DNA from: an uncultured delta proteobacterium
GTDB lineage: Bacteria > Desulfobacterota > Desulfobacteria > Desulfobacterales > QNYZ01
Direction of reading: 5' to 3'
NCBI GenBank assembly: GCA_963845145.1
Contig: CAWJQU010000007.1
Coordinates: 1-48,986, forward strand
Length of the DNA stretch: 48,986 nucleotides
A program made the translations under genes and the position numbers. Numbering within the stretch: position 1 is the first letter of the stretch; each line of letters opens with the position of its first letter. The notes below the pieces were generated by a model. That model did no database searches. It saw nothing but the letters and a program-made list of their open reading frames with translations, and had not been told where the DNA came from. Shown here in pieces: positions 30,328-42,998 of this stretch.

Positions 30328-31728
30328 ATGAGTGCACGCATGCAAAAGAAACCGTTCGCCATACAACAAAAGTTTTTATTGGCACTGGCGGCTGTCCTAT
30401 TCTTGGCCTTTTCGGGTTTGGCATTTCCGGCTATGGCTGAAGAAGGGGACTGATACCAGCGGTGACATCTATGTATTGACCGTATCATCGGCCATTAGCC
30501 CGGCCATAGCGGAATTCATTAGTGATGGCATCGCCACGGCCCAGGCGTCCCAAGCCGCCTGCATCATTATTCGCTGGATACGCCCGGTGGGCTGGCCGAA
30601 TCCATGCGTCAGATTGTCATGGACATTCTTTCCAGCAAGATCCCCGTGGTTGTTTATGTGTCACCCCCCGGTGCCCGGGCTGCATCGGCCGGGGTGATGA
30701 TTACCATGGCGGCGGACATTGCCGCCATGGCGCCCGGAACCAATATCGGTGCGGCCCATCCGGTGGGTATCGGCAGGGAAAGAAGCCAATGAAACCATGA
30801 CCCGGAAGATCACCAACGACATGGTGGCCCATGCCAGAAGCGTTGCTGAAAAAAAGGGCCGTAATGCCGATTGGGTTGAGAAGGCCGTGCGGGAAAGTGT
30901 CGCGGTAACGGAAACCGAAGCACTTGAAAACAATATCATCGACATTGATCGCCCGGGACCTGGATGATCTCATCGACCAGATCAATGGGCGCGAGATTAA
31001 AGGGAAAGGGGAGTTGAAGCTCGATGGCGCCCAACGAATAACCATCCATGAGGGATTGCGCACCCGAATTCTTAAAACTATCAGCGATCCGAATATTGCC
31101 TATATCCTGATGATGATCGGTCTGGCGGGGCTTTATTTTGAGTTGTCCCATCCGGGGGCGATTTTTCCTGGTGTTATCGGCGGAATTTCACTGGTGATGG
31201 CCTTTTTTCGCGATGCAGACCCTGCCGGTAAATTATGCCGGCGTGTTGCTGATTATCCTGGCCATGATTTTCTTCATCATGGAGATGAAGCTGACCAGTT
31301 ACGGGTTGTTGAGTGTTGCGGGAATTATTTCTTTGCTCATGGGTTCGCTGATGCTTTTCGATACCCTGGGGCGGCCATGCGGGTTTCCTGGCAGGTCCTT
31401 TTTCCCACCCTGGCCTTATTTCGATGTTTTTCGTTGTGGCTGCCGCTTTGGTTTTCCGCGCCCAGAAACCCCGACGCGGACCGGCGCGGAAGGTTTGATC
31501 GGCGAGATCGGTGTGGTATGCCCAAACGATTGATCCGCCGATCGACCACTGGGAAGGTATTCGTCCATGGGGAATTATGGCGGGCACGGGCCGATGTCAC
31601 TGTGAATGAGGGCGAAAAAGTGACGTATTACGGGTATTCGCAACTTGGTAGTTGCCGTTGAACCATTATCGGGTAGGAGAACGTCGCAAGGTCACACTAA
31701 AGTGGCAACAAACCATAAGGAGCGTTAA
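30328..31728 (+). CDS. nfeD: NfeD-family membrane-bound serine protease, frameshifted
   Basis: [55 protein letters not shown] and [12 protein letters not shown]. Confidence 0.88.
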
Positions 31729-31729
31729 A

Positions 31730-32538
31730 ATGTATACCTTCATTATTCGTTGCCGCGCTCGTGGTGATGTTTCTGTGGTCGGCGGTCAAGATCCTCAAAG
31801 AGTATGAGCGGGGCGTTATTTTTCGTCTCGGCCGGCTGATTCAACGCCAAGGGGCCGGGTCTGATCATTCTGATTCCGATTATCGATAAGATGGTGAAGG
31901 TAAGCATGCGCCTGTTGGCGTTCGACGTTGATCCCCAGGATGTCATCACCCGGGATAATGTGTCTGTCAAGGTCAATGCCGTGATCTATTATCGGGTCAT
32001 CGATCCCAATAAAGCCATTGTAGAGGTGGAAAATTATCATTATGCCATGAGCCAATTGGCCCAGACGACTCTAAGAAGCGTCTGCGGCCAGGCTGAATTG
32101 GATGAACTTTTGTCGGCCCGCGAAAAAATTAACAATGAATTGCAGGAAATTCTCGACACCCATACGGACCCATGGGGGATTAAAGTGGCCACGGTGGAGC
32201 TAAAACACATCGACCTGCCCCAGGAAATGCAGCGGGCCATGGCCAAACAGGCCGAGGCAGAGCGTGAGCGGCGGGCCAAAGTTATTAACGCGGAAGGCGA
32301 ATTTCAGGCGGCCAACAAGTTGGCCGAGGCCTCCCAAATCATGAAGTTCCATCCCATGGCCCTGCAATTACGGTATCTGCAGACCATGCGAGAGCTGGGG
32401 GCCGAAAACAATACAACAACCATTTTTCCGGTGCCCATCGACCTTTTTAAACCGTTTATCCAACTGGCGGAACAACTGGAAAAGAAAAATGATGCTCCCG
32501 GGATGATCTCTATTGACAGGACCATGGGTAATTATTAA
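31730..32538 (+). CDS. SPFH/stomatin (slipin) family protein, N-terminus frameshifted
   Basis: [29 protein letters not shown] and [17 protein letters not shown]; canonical nfeD partner. Confidence 0.92.
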
Positions 32539-32579
32539 ATAAAATCGTTTATGGGTACTGTTTATTAATCAGCACCCAG

Positions 32580-32609
32580 TGGTTGTAAAACGAATGGTTG
32601 TAAAACGAA
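32580..32609. repeat. Perfect 15-bp tandem duplication
   Basis: TGGTTGTAAAACGAA twice. Confidence 0.9.
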
Positions 32610-32718
32610 AAATGTAATTCAAGACCTGGTTACACATCACCATCATTTGCAGACGGGGGCGTAAGGCCTCCGCTTGTCATTTTAGCCCTAACAAAAGGGA
32701 CCCAAACGGAGCAGATCA

Positions 32719-33048
32719 ATGGCCAAGGATAAAAAAGCAGATCAGGAAAAACCCCTGGAGAAGATGACCGCAACCGAATTGCGCGATGCCGCCAAACAGA
32801 TTTCGGAAATAACCGGAGCGCATGGTATGAATAAACCCGAGTTGATTTCAGCGATCAAAAAGGCCCGGGGAATCGAGGAGGATCAGGTACGAAAGTCCCG
32901 CGGCTCGGTCCGTGAAATCAAGCGCAAACTTCGTAAATTACGCGCCCTGGAAGCGGCGGCCGTTGATAAAAAAGATAAAAAAATGGCGGTTGTTTTTCGT
33001 AAGCGGGCGTCGCGTTTAAAGAAAAAAACACGACGTGCGGCAGCCTGA
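32719..33048 (+). CDS. Rho termination factor N-terminal-domain small basic protein
   Basis: LEKMTATELRDAAKQISEITGAHGMNKPELISAI matches a Rho_N-like helical domain. Confidence 0.75.
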   Translation: MAKDKKADQEKPLEKMTATELRDAAKQISEITGAHGMNKPELISAIKKARGIEEDQVRKSRGSVREIKRKLRKLRALEAAAVDKKDKKMAVVFRKRASRLKKKTRRAAA

Positions 33049-33088
33049 TAAGCCGGACTCGGCCGGTAAAGAGACAACGGTTCGCCGT

Positions 33089-33661
33089 ATGATTGACCCA
33101 CAATCCGTTGCGTTCGATTTTGACGGCGTTGTGGCGGACACCATGAACCTGTTTCTTAAGATTGCCCGGGATGTCCATCGCATCAACCACCTGACCTACG
33201 AAGATTTTACCTGTTATAATCTGTCGGAATGTATCGATATGGATGAAGATACCATCGTCGATATTGTCGACCGGCTTCAGGACGGGTGCTATACCGATCC
33301 GTTAGAACCCATCTTGGGTGCTCCGAATGTTTTACGGCGCCTGGGTAAACGGTATGGGCCATTGGTCTTCATTACGGCCCGGCCCCATGTGGGACCAGTG
33401 GCTGACTGGCTTCAGCAGACGCTGGCTTTGAATGCGGACAGATTAGAGATTATTCCCACCGGTTCCTACGATGTCAAAACAGAGGTGCTCACCCAGCGGG
33501 GTATCTCCTATTTTGTCGAGGATCGGCTCGAAACCTGTTTTGATATTCATTTGGCCGGGGTCGTGCCGGTGGTATTCAGACAACCCTGGAATCGGAAGGC
33601 TCACCCCTTTATGGAAGTCGGTAACTGGGATGAGTTGGAAGCGATGATGGGTTTAGCGTAG
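33089..33661 (+). CDS. HAD-superfamily hydrolase (5'-nucleotidase-like)
   Basis: FDFDGVVADT, FITARP, FVEDR and QPWN. Confidence 0.82.
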   Translation: MIDPQSVAFDFDGVVADTMNLFLKIARDVHRINHLTYEDFTCYNLSECIDMDEDTIVDIVDRLQDGCYTDPLEPILGAPNVLRRLGKRYGPLVFITARPHVGPVADWLQQTLALNADRLEIIPTGSYDVKTEVLTQRGISYFVEDRLETCFDIHLAGVVPVVFRQPWNRKAHPFMEVGNWDELEAMMGLA

Positions 33662-33700
33662 CACCGGCGTGAAGTCGGGAGGTCGGATACTGTTTCTAAG

Positions 33701-34654
33701 GTGGGGGCGTATGCAAAGGGCAGACAGCCATTGAAATCTGTTGCGTCATACAGGCTGATCGAGCAGTTTATAGAATCCCTTGTTTCCGAGAAGGGCTATT
33801 CTTTGCATACCTGCCGGGCATATCAAAAAGATTTGTCGGCCTTGGCCGACTTTGTGGCGACGGCCGATGGGGCTAACTCAAATGGGTCGGCCCAATCCCT
33901 TGACGAAATTGATGCCTGGACGATTCGAAAATATCTGGTGCATCTGCATCGCCATCACCAAAAAAGCAGCATCGCTCGAAAACTGTCCGCCATTCGCTCC
34001 TTTTTTCGATTTTTGGAAAAGCACAGAATCACCCACGGCCATCCGACCGACGGCATTCTGACACCTAAGCAGGGGCATGCGATTCCCGTCTATTTGATTG
34101 TGGACGATATGTTTCGCCTGCTGGATTCCATCGATACTGGTACCCTGCTGGGATGCCGCAACCGGGCCATGTTTGAAACGATGTATTCCGGGGGGTTGCG
34201 TGTATCCGAACTGGCCGGGTTGAATATGATGGACATCGATGCAGAAAAAGGCACGGTGCGGGTGCTCGGCAAGGGGCGTAAAGAACGGATCGTACCCTTA
34301 GGCCGTACGGCCATCGAAGCGGTGCGAACGTATCGTGAACGGTTGGCGGAAAAGGCCGGGATGGGTGTGGCTACCGACGGACCTGTGTTTCTGAATCATC
34401 GGTACGCGCGCTTAACGGCCCGTTCCATGGATCGTATTTTAAAGAAGATAGCGGCTGATTGTGGACTGACCACACCGATATCACCCCATGCGTTGCGCCA
34501 TACTTTCGCCACGCACATGCTGGATGCCGGTGCCGATTTAAGAGTCGTCCAGGAACTGCTGGGACATAAATGCCTATCCAGCACCCAGCGGTACACCCAT
34601 GTCAGCATTGATCGGTTAATGGCCACATATGACAAGGCCCACCCCAGAAAATAG
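33701..34654 (+). CDS. xerC: Tyrosine recombinase XerC
   Basis: SIARKLSAIRSFF, GLRVSEL, GKGRKER, SPHALRHTFATH and LLGH...TQRYTH; directly upstream of hslVU. Confidence 0.9.
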   Translation: MGAYAKGRQPLKSVASYRLIEQFIESLVSEKGYSLHTCRAYQKDLSALADFVATADGANSNGSAQSLDEIDAWTIRKYLVHLHRHHQKSSIARKLSAIRSFFRFLEKHRITHGHPTDGILTPKQGHAIPVYLIVDDMFRLLDSIDTGTLLGCRNRAMFETMYSGGLRVSELAGLNMMDIDAEKGTVRVLGKGRKERIVPLGRTAIEAVRTYRERLAEKAGMGVATDGPVFLNHRYARLTARSMDRILKKIAADCGLTTPISPHALRHTFATHMLDAGADLRVVQELLGHKCLSSTQRYTHVSIDRLMATYDKAHPRK

Positions 34655-34675
34655 ATAGCGTTTAAGGAAAATGAC

Positions 34676-35260
34676 ATGGCACGCACGCCGTTAAGTCAAA
34701 GCGAAAATAATGGAAAACCCCGATTCCGCGGTACCACGATTTTAGCCGTACGCGATGCGGATGAAGTGGTTGTTGCCGGGGACGGTCAAGTGACATTGGG
34801 AGACCATGTTATTAAGCATCGTGCTAAGAAGGTCCGACGGATCTACAATGATCGGATTATTGTGGGGTTTGCCGGTGCGACCGCCGACGCGCTCAATTTG
34901 TCGGAGCGGCTTGAAGCCAAGCTTGAGCGATATAATGGAAATTTGACCCGGTCGGCGGTGGAGCTGGCCCGGGATTGGCGGACCGATAAATATCTGCGTC
35001 GTCTCGAGGCCTTGATGATTGCCGTTGACGGTGAGCGGATGTTTTTGATCTCAGGAACCGGCGATGTGATCGAGCCCGACGAAGGGGTGATCGCTATCGG
35101 CTCAGGCGGCGTTGCCGCCCAGGCCGCCGCCATGGCCTTGATTGCCAGTACCGAATTAACGGCCGAAACCATCGTGGTTGAGGCCATGCGTATTGCCGGC
35201 CAGATCTGTATTTATACCAACGACACCATCACCATCAAAAAACTACCTACGAAGACGTGA
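34676..35260 (+). CDS. hslV: ATP-dependent protease subunit HslV
   Basis: [35 protein letters not shown] and CIYTN. Confidence 0.97.
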   Translation: MARTPLSQSENNGKPRFRGTTILAVRDADEVVVAGDGQVTLGDHVIKHRAKKVRRIYNDRIIVGFAGATADALNLSERLEAKLERYNGNLTRSAVELARDWRTDKYLRRLEALMIAVDGERMFLISGTGDVIEPDEGVIAIGSGGVAAQAAAMALIASTELTAETIVVEAMRIAGQICIYTNDTITIKKLPTKT

Positions 35261-35267
35261 ATAAACC

Positions 35268-36641
35268 ATGCAAGACTTAACCCCTCAAAATATTGTTAAA
35301 GAACTCGATAAGTATATCATCGGTCAGGACAAGGCCAAGCGCTCCGTCGCCATTGCCCTGCGAAATCGCTGGCGGCGACAGCAGGTGCCGCCCCCGTTGC
35401 GGGATGAAATCGCACCCAAAAATATTATTATGATCGGCCCCACGGGGGTGGGCAAAACGGAAATTGCCCGGCGCCTGTCCGCGCTTACAGATTCGCCCTT
35501 TTCAAAGGTTGAAGCCTCAAAGTTTACCGAAGTGGGGTATGTGGGCCGCGATGTGGAATCGATGATCCGCGATCTTCTTGAATTGAGTGTTAATCAGGGC
35601 AAAGTTCGCGCCCAGGAGGCCGTCAAAGACAAAGCCTTTCGTATTGCCGAAGAACGGATGCTTGATTTGCTTTTACCAAAATCCGGCAGCCGCGACCCGG
35701 AAAAAAACGGGGAGCCCAAAGAGTCCCCTATCGAGCTGGTAATCGCCACCGATGATGCCGGGTCTTCCACGCGCGAGAAATTACGATCCATGCTGCGGGC
35801 GGGAAAAATGGACAATCGCTATGTCGACCTAGATGTCTCCGATCGGGCGTCTCCCATGGTCGAAGTGTTTTCCAATGTCGGCATGGAGGAGATGGGAATC
35901 AACTTCAAGGATATGCTCGGCGGCCTGATGCCTAAAAATGTCAAGCGCCGCAAGGTCAAGGTCCCTGAAGCGATGAGTATCATGGCCCAGGAAGAAGCCC
36001 AAAACCTGGTGGACCTGGAAAAAATAGTCAAGGAAGCCATTTCGCGGGTGGAGCAAACCGGTATAATCTTTCTGGATGAGATTGATAAAATCACCGGGAA
36101 CAGCGGCGGTAGCGGGCCGAATATCTCCCGGGAAGGCGTTCAGCGTGACCTGTTGCCCATTGTGGAGGGCTCAACGGTGACGACTAAGTACGGACCCGTC
36201 AAAACGGATCATATTCTTTTCATCGCCTCCGGCGCGTTTCACACGGTGAAACCCAGCGATCTGATTCCCGAATTGCAGGGCCGTTTTCCCATTCGCGTGG
36301 AACTGGATTCATTGGGCAAAGAAGAGTTTGCCCGCATTCTGGTGGAGCCGGAAAATGCATTGATTTTGCAATACCGGGAACTTCTGAAAACCGAGGAACT
36401 TGCGGTGACGTTTACAGACGATGCCGTGAATCTGATTGCCGCCATGGCTGAAGAAGTCAATGACATGACGGAAAATATCGGTGCCCGGCGGTTGCACACC
36501 CTGATGGAGCACCTACTTGAAGATATTTTATTCGATTCACCGGATATGCCCAAAACCGACATCATCATCGATGCGACGGTGGTGAATGAAAAATTAAAAG
36601 ATATCAAGGATGATGAGGACTTGAGCCGGTACATTCTTTAA
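35268..36641 (+). CDS. hslU: ATP-dependent protease ATPase subunit HslU
   Basis: [41 protein letters not shown] and NIGARRL. Confidence 0.98.
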   Translation: MQDLTPQNIVKELDKYIIGQDKAKRSVAIALRNRWRRQQVPPPLRDEIAPKNIIMIGPTGVGKTEIARRLSALTDSPFSKVEASKFTEVGYVGRDVESMIRDLLELSVNQGKVRAQEAVKDKAFRIAEERMLDLLLPKSGSRDPEKNGEPKESPIELVIATDDAGSSTREKLRSMLRAGKMDNRYVDLDVSDRASPMVEVFSNVGMEEMGINFKDMLGGLMPKNVKRRKVKVPEAMSIMAQEEAQNLVDLEKIVKEAISRVEQTGIIFLDEIDKITGNSGGSGPNISREGVQRDLLPIVEGSTVTTKYGPVKTDHILFIASGAFHTVKPSDLIPELQGRFPIRVELDSLGKEEFARILVEPENALILQYRELLKTEELAVTFTDDAVNLIAAMAEEVNDMTENIGARRLHTLMEHLLEDILFDSPDMPKTDIIIDATVVNEKLKDIKDDEDLSRYIL

Positions 36642-36658
36642 GGAGCATTCGTAACGAC

Positions 36659-37844
<1,186 letters not shown>

Positions 37845-37894
37845 TCCGCCTGCGCCGGATCGGCCAGTGGATGGGAAGCCAGTGAGTCGGATAG

Positions 37895-37924
37895 ACCGGT
37901 AAACCGGTAAACCGGTAAGCCCGG
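37895..37924. repeat. 8-bp tandem repeat ACCGGTAA x3
   Basis: Intergenic, between argD and argH. Confidence 0.85.
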
Positions 37925-37954
37925 AGACATAGAGAAAGGACGATATACATCGGT

Positions 37955-39340
37955 TTGAGTAAGAATTATGGGAAGGGCGGTTCAGCGAGCAACCGATAAG
38001 CGGTGGAAGCGTTCACATCTTCCATCGAAACGGATCGGCGGCTTTACCCTGGGATATTGAGGGAAGTATCGCCCATTGCCGGATGTTGGCCAAAACCGGA
38101 GTGATTCAAAAAGAAGAAGCGAAGCAAATGGCCGAAGGACTGAACCAAATCCGTGAAGAGATCCAAACGGGAGCATTTGAATACACCGATCGCCTGGAAG
38201 ATATTCACATGCATATTGAGTCGCGGTTGAAGGCGTTGATCGGCGATACCGCTCTGAAATTGCATACCGGCAGAAGCCGAAACGACCAGATCGCACTGGA
38301 TATTCGAATGTACCTGCGTGATGCCGTTTCAGGGGATCATGGCCAATTGCATCAGTTGGGCACGGTTCTGGTTGACCTGGCCGAAGCGCATTTGAATGTC
38401 GTCATGCCGGGATATACGCATACGCAAAGGGCCCAGCCGGTTCTTTTTGCCCACCATCTGATGGCTTATTATGAAATGTTCACCCGGGACACGCGAGCGA
38501 TTTAACGACTGTTTTAAACGGATCAATGTCATGCCGTCTGGGTGCGGCGGCTTTGGCCGGCACCACCTATCCCATCGATCCGGAGTATGTGGCGACCCTC
38601 CTTGATTTTCCCAAAGTGACTAAAAACAGCATCGATGCCGTTTCCGATCGGGATTTCATCATCGAGTTTCTGGCCGGGGCGGTCATGTGCATGACGCATT
38701 TGAGCCGGTTGTCCGAGGAGCTTATTCTGTGGTCCACTATCGGAGTTCGGATTTATCGAAATTTCCGATGCCTTTACGACGGGCAGCAGCATCATGCCCC
38801 AGAAAAAAAATCCGGATGTTCCTGAGCTGGTGCGGGGTAAAACAGGCAGCGTTTTCGGTGATCTGATGCAATGTTGTTTTGATGAAAGGCCTGCCCCTGT
38901 CGTATAACCGGGACATGCAGGAAGACAAGGGCCACTATTTCACAGTGTTGATACACTTATCCGCATGTCTTGATATCTATATGCGCTTGCTTCCGAAAAT
39001 ACGAGATAAATGAAGATCGAATGCATGCGGCCGCGACCAGGAAGGTTTTTTAAACGCCACCGATCTGGCGGATTATCTGGTGTCCAAAGGGGTGCCGTTT
39101 CGAAAGGCCCACGCGGTAGCGGGCCGGGCTGTGGCCGATGCGATTAAAAAGGGGAAAGAACTTCACGATCTGACTCTGGAAGAGTTGCAGGTCATTTCGC
39201 CGCTGATCCGAATCGATATTTACCCTTTCCTGAAAGTGGAAAATATGGTCAATCGCCGGATATCTCCGGCGGTACGGCCGTTGAAAATGTAAAAACCGCC
39301 TTGGCGGCGGCCAAAGCATCGCTAAAAAAAACAGGTATAA
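37955..39340 (+). CDS. argH: Argininosuccinate lyase, multiply frameshifted
   Basis: [40 protein letters not shown] and ATDLADYLV. Confidence 0.93.
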
Positions 39341-39342
39341 CC

Positions 39343-39810
39343 ATGAAACCTAATGGATGGACAATGAATTGGTCTTTATTGATGCTGGGATTCGGCCTGG
39401 GCGCTGTCACCATGGCCGGTTGCGGTGTGAAGGGATCGCCGGTGCCTCCCAGATCCATCCCGCCGGGGCCGTCACCGACCTTGCATTCATCCTGGATCAG
39501 GACCAGGTGACCCTAAACTGGTCCATCCCTACGGGTAAAGCCACCGGTACCGCCGGGCTGGGCGGTTTTATTGTTTACGGGCAGCACCTCCTCTGGCCGA
39601 TCCGGTTTGTGATGGATGCCCGGCTATTATTTCGCCGGATCGCCGAGGTGGACTTCGAAGAACTGATGGCGGGTAACCCCGATCGCAAAACAGCGACCTT
39701 CTCAGCAAACCATCGAAAAAGGTTACCAATACATTTTTAAAGTGATGGCTTTTTCAAAAGACGGTCAACGGGGGCCGGATTCCAACCGGGTCGTGGTCAG
39801 GATAAATTAG
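39343..39810 (+). CDS. Lipoprotein with an FN3-like domain, frameshifted
   Basis: Lipobox MAG-C-GVKGSPVPP, VTLNWSIP and the C-terminus YIFKVMAF...DSNRV. Confidence 0.72.
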
Positions 39811-39872
39811 CCAGATAAGCCCTCAAATAGACCGGACAGCTTAGGTAACCGGTAAACGGACAAACGGACCAC

Positions 39873-40686
39873 ATGAAAGACATCGAATTTTATAAAATGA
39901 GCGGTAGCGGCAATGATTTCATTCTGATTGACAACCGGGGGGCAACGGCCGGTGGTCGGACGATTCTCCGAGTTTGCAAAAATGGTTTGCCGGCGAGGCT
40001 TTCGTGGGCGCGGATGGGTTGATCATCATTGAAGATTCCGATATTGCCGATTTCAGATGGCAATTTTTCAATGCAGATGGAAGTGAAGCCGACATGTGTG
40101 GCAACGGTGCCCGTTGTGCGGCCCGATTCGCCCGCTTAAGCCGGAGTGGCGCACACGTATGTTTCGAAACGCGGGCCGGGCTGATTCAGGCCGAAGTGGA
40201 AGAAGATGTGGTAAGAGTCAAAATGACCGATCCAGCAAGACCTTCATTTGGCTGAAAAAGTCCAGGTTGATGGTCGAACGGAATCGATCCATCGAATCAA
40301 TACGGGCGTTCCCCATGCCGTGCTTGCAGTGGAAGACCTGGAAAATATCCAGTTGAATCCATCGGCCCGCTGATCCGCTATCACCGGCAGTATGCCCCCG
40401 AAGGGACGAACGTTAATTTTATCCAGCGCAAATGGAACCATTGCCATCCGTACCTATGAACGGGGGGTCGAGGCCGAGACCCTGGCTTGTGGTACCGGGT
40501 CCGTGGCCGGTGCCATCATTGCTTCGCGACTGTTTGGGCTGGATGCCCCATTCGTATGATTGTCCGCAGTGGCCTGCCCCTCGAAGTGTATTTTACGAAA
40601 AACGGCAATGAATATCAAAATGTATATCTCAAAGGGGATGCTCGCGTTATCTACCGGGGTGTTTTGGAAAAGACACGTTGGGCTAA
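39873..40686 (+). CDS. dapF: Diaminopimelate epimerase, frameshifted
   Basis: FYKMSGSGNDF, GADGL, NADGSEADMCGNGARC, NTGVPH and RTYERGVEAETLACGTG; the end is approximate. Confidence 0.93.
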
Positions 40687-40757
40687 GGCTAATACCCGTT
40701 GGGCGAATAATAGGGTTCGGATTTCTACCATACGTCAAGGGGCATCCGGGTGTCAGA

Positions 40758-41262
40758 ATTGAAAAATCAATAGCTTATATCTCGGTGGGCTCAAACCTGG
40801 GCCGGAAACTGGAAAATTGCCGGCAGGGGATTATTGCGCTTACCAGTTGCGGTGATACCGCCCTGGTAGCCCGATCGCCTTTTTACCGAACCGAGCCGGT
40901 GGACTACACGGATCAGGATTGGTTCATCAATGCGGTTTTTTCCATCAAGACACCCTTATCACCGCGATGAGTTACTCAAAAGGCTTCAGGTTATCCAGCG
41001 GGGCGCCGGAAGGGAAGAATCTCCGATGCGATTCGGTCCCCGGGTACTCGATCTGGATATTCTTTTATTCGGTGATTTGATTATCTCGACCCCCAATCTC
41101 GTTAGTGCCCCATCCACGAATGCATAAAAGGCGCTTTGTATTACAACCACTTTGTGATATAAATCCATATTTGATACATCCGGTATTAAACCAAAAAATG
41201 GGCATGATCTGCTGTTTCGTCTTGAGGATGGTGAGCAGCGGGTCGTATTAATCGATGATTAG
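40758..41262 (+). CDS. folK: 6-hydroxymethyl-7,8-dihydropterin pyrophosphokinase, frameshifted
   Basis: AYISVGSNLG, YRTEP, QDWFINAV, GPRVLDLDILL and PHPRMH; the start is approximate. Confidence 0.92.
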
Positions 41263-41518
41263 ATTTCTTATATTGTTGGCGGTCGGTTACGGGCTATACC
41301 GGTCGCTTAAATCATGGGCCGCGCCCCATCCGCAGAAAAAATGGATGGCCGCGAGCAAAGCCGCATTGACGACGTCATGGTCAAGGATCCGTTCTGTCAG
41401 GTCTACTTTACCCCAGAGAGAGGGTATCCGCTGGTCCCATGGCGGCAGCGATTATTTCTTCTGCAGCCAGGCGTGTCTGGAAAAATACAAACTGGAACAG
41501 TCCCGAAACGGTAAGTGA
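41255..41518 (+). CDS. YHS/TRASH-domain small membrane protein, frameshifted
   Basis: N-terminal TM helix, then MVKDPFCQVY and YFFCSQACLEKY. Confidence 0.8.
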   Translation: MIRFLILLAVGYGLYRSLKSWAAPHPQKKWMAASKAALTTSWSRIRSVRSTLPQREGIRWSHGGSDYFFCSQACLEKYKLEQSRNGK

Positions 41519-41525
41519 TTTTGAA

Positions 41526-42122
41526 ATGATCTTTGAAGGGAAAAATTTAAAAGCCAGGCTGAGTCACCCCAATAGTTTAACCATGTATCGGATTCTGGCC
41601 ACGCCGCTATTGGTGATTTTGCTGATGTTTCCAAACCGGTTCTGTACTTTTGTAGCTGCGCTATTATTCAGTGCGGCTGCCATTACCGATTATCTGGATG
41701 GACTTTTTGCCCGACGCATGGGCCTGGTGTCCAATTTTGGTAAAATCATGGATCCCCTGGCGGACAAGATTCTGGTCTCATCAGCCTTTATTATGTTAAC
41801 CTCCCTCGGCTGGGCGTCAGGCTGGATTGTTTGCATCATTATCGGGAGGGAACTTGCCATAACGGGTCTTCGAAATTTCATTGCTGAAAACCAGATGGAT
41901 TTATCCGCATCTAAACTGGGAAAATATAAAACCGGCTTTCAAATCGCCGCCATTATCCCCCTGGTTTTTCATTATCCCTATTTCGGGATAAATATGCACG
42001 CCATCGGCACATTTTTTTTGTATGGTGCCCTGATATTTACCCTTTGGTCGGGAATCGATTATTTTGTCCGGTTTCGTAAGCTAGCAGGTACCGCTTCCTG
42101 GTGTAAACAGGGTACCGGTTAG
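41526..42122 (+). CDS. pgsA: CDP-diacylglycerol--glycerol-3-phosphate 3-phosphatidyltransferase
   Basis: PNSLT, TDYLDGLFARR...FGKIMDPLADK, RELAITGLR and GKYKT; canonical position before tRNA-Gly/Cys. Confidence 0.95.
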   Translation: MIFEGKNLKARLSHPNSLTMYRILATPLLVILLMFPNRFCTFVAALLFSAAAITDYLDGLFARRMGLVSNFGKIMDPLADKILVSSAFIMLTSLGWASGWIVCIIIGRELAITGLRNFIAENQMDLSASKLGKYKTGFQIAAIIPLVFHYPYFGINMHAIGTFFLYGALIFTLWSGIDYFVRFRKLAGTASWCKQGTG

Positions 42123-42142
42123 TAAGTTTAAAGATATTTTAT

Positions 42143-42171
42143 TTGACAAAAAACGTCTGATGGGTTAGACG
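42143..42171 (+). promoter_or_regulatory. Sigma-70 promoter of the tRNA operon
   Basis: TTGACA-N17-TAGACG, 10 bp before tRNA-Gly. Confidence 0.65.
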
Positions 42172-42180
42172 ACCATTCGA

Positions 42181-42255
42181 GCGGGAATAACTCAGTGGTA
42201 GAGTGCGACCTTGCCAAGGTCGAAGTCGCGGGTTCAAATCCCGTTTCCCGCTCCA
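42181..42255 (+). tRNA. tRNA-Gly(GCC)
   Basis: GCGGGAA acceptor, anticodon arm CGACC-TTGCCAA-GGTCG, GGTTCAAATCC T-arm and CCA end. Confidence 0.98.
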
Positions 42256-42266
42256 TTTTTTTTTAT

Positions 42267-42341
42267 GGCGGCATAGCCAAGTGGTAAGGCAGCGGTCTGC
42301 AAAACCGCTATTCTCCGGTTCGAATCCGGATGCCGCCTCCA
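42267..42341 (+). tRNA. tRNA-Cys(GCA)
   Basis: GGCGGCA acceptor, anticodon arm GCGGT-CTGCAAA-ACCGC, GGTTCGAATCC T-arm and CCA end. Confidence 0.98.
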
Positions 42342-42351
42342 TATCAAACAC

Positions 42352-42392
42352 AAGGGTTTGCAAGAATTTACAGTAACTTGCAAGCCCTTTTT
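42352..42392 (+). terminator. Hairpin/terminator after tRNA-Cys at the element boundary
   Basis: AAGGGTTTGCAAG...CTTGCAAGCCCTT followed by a T-run. Confidence 0.7.
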
Positions 42393-42407
42393 AGTTTCCT
42401 GCCAAAA

Positions 42408-42480
42408 GTCACAGAATGTCACTGAAAGTACAGAAATCCACGACATATCCCGACAAACCTCCGACATATTCCACGACATC
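42408..42480. repeat. Short direct repeats near the att end (candidate integrase arm-type/Xis sites)
   Basis: GTCACAGAAT GTCACTGAAA GTACAGAAA, then CGACA at 42441, 42451, 42462 and 42474. Confidence 0.55.
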
Positions 42481-42520
42481 GAAAAATTGTTCATTTTTTT
42501 ATTTACTTCTTTTGAAAACC

Positions 42521-42536
42521 GGTTATACTTATAACC
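42521..42536. promoter_or_regulatory. Palindromic operator overlapping a -10-like box
   Basis: GGTTATA-CT-TATAACC perfect inverted repeat overlapping TATACT, with TTTACT 16 bp upstream. Confidence 0.55.
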
Positions 42537-42998
42537 ACTAGGAAGTTCACTCTCAAAGAAATAGAAAACGTCCTTCCCTTTTTCGACAGAAATGTTCTCA
42601 AGCAGTGGACCCACCGAAAGCTGATAACCTTTAAAGACAAACCCGCACGAGGGAAAGCTGGCCAACACGATTGGTACGAGGCCGTCACGATAGCCGCCAT
42701 GTGGAATTTACATTCCGCGGGCTATGGTCCCACAGCGGGTATTCAAATAGCCAATATCATCGCTGAGAGAGCCTCTGAGTATCCTATCCAGGACTGGTTA
42801 ACACAAAGCCTGGAACAGGAGCTCAACCAGTGCGTTCTCTTTTTTAGGATGCGGCGTGACAAGCTGGAAGAATATAAATTTATAAAGCGGCGGGATATTA
42901 CCCACGAAAGCTTGGGGATGACCGGTTCATATTACGATTGCGATTATCTTCTTATGCGGTTTGCCGAGGAACTTTTATTCAATAAACGCAATGGATAA
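42531..42998 (+). CDS. Putative MerR-like HTH regulator (frame open well upstream of the called ATG at 42699)
   Basis: Frame 3 is open from 42516: KFTLKEIENVLPFFDRNVLKQWTHRKLITF...GKAGQHDWYEAVTIAAMWNLHSAG; no canonical start codon is visible. Confidence 0.55.
   Translation: MTTRKFTLKEIENVLPFFDRNVLKQWTHRKLITFKDKPARGKAGQHDWYEAVTIAAMWNLHSAGYGPTAGIQIANIIAERASEYPIQDWLTQSLEQELNQCVLFFRMRRDKLEEYKFIKRRDITHESLGMTGSYYDCDYLLMRFAEELLFNKRNG

Noticed and set aside
33701..34654. XerC as the integrase of the element
   Set aside because: It sits in the housekeeping xerC-hslVU context about 8 kb away; Xer-exploiting elements use dif, not tRNA ends.
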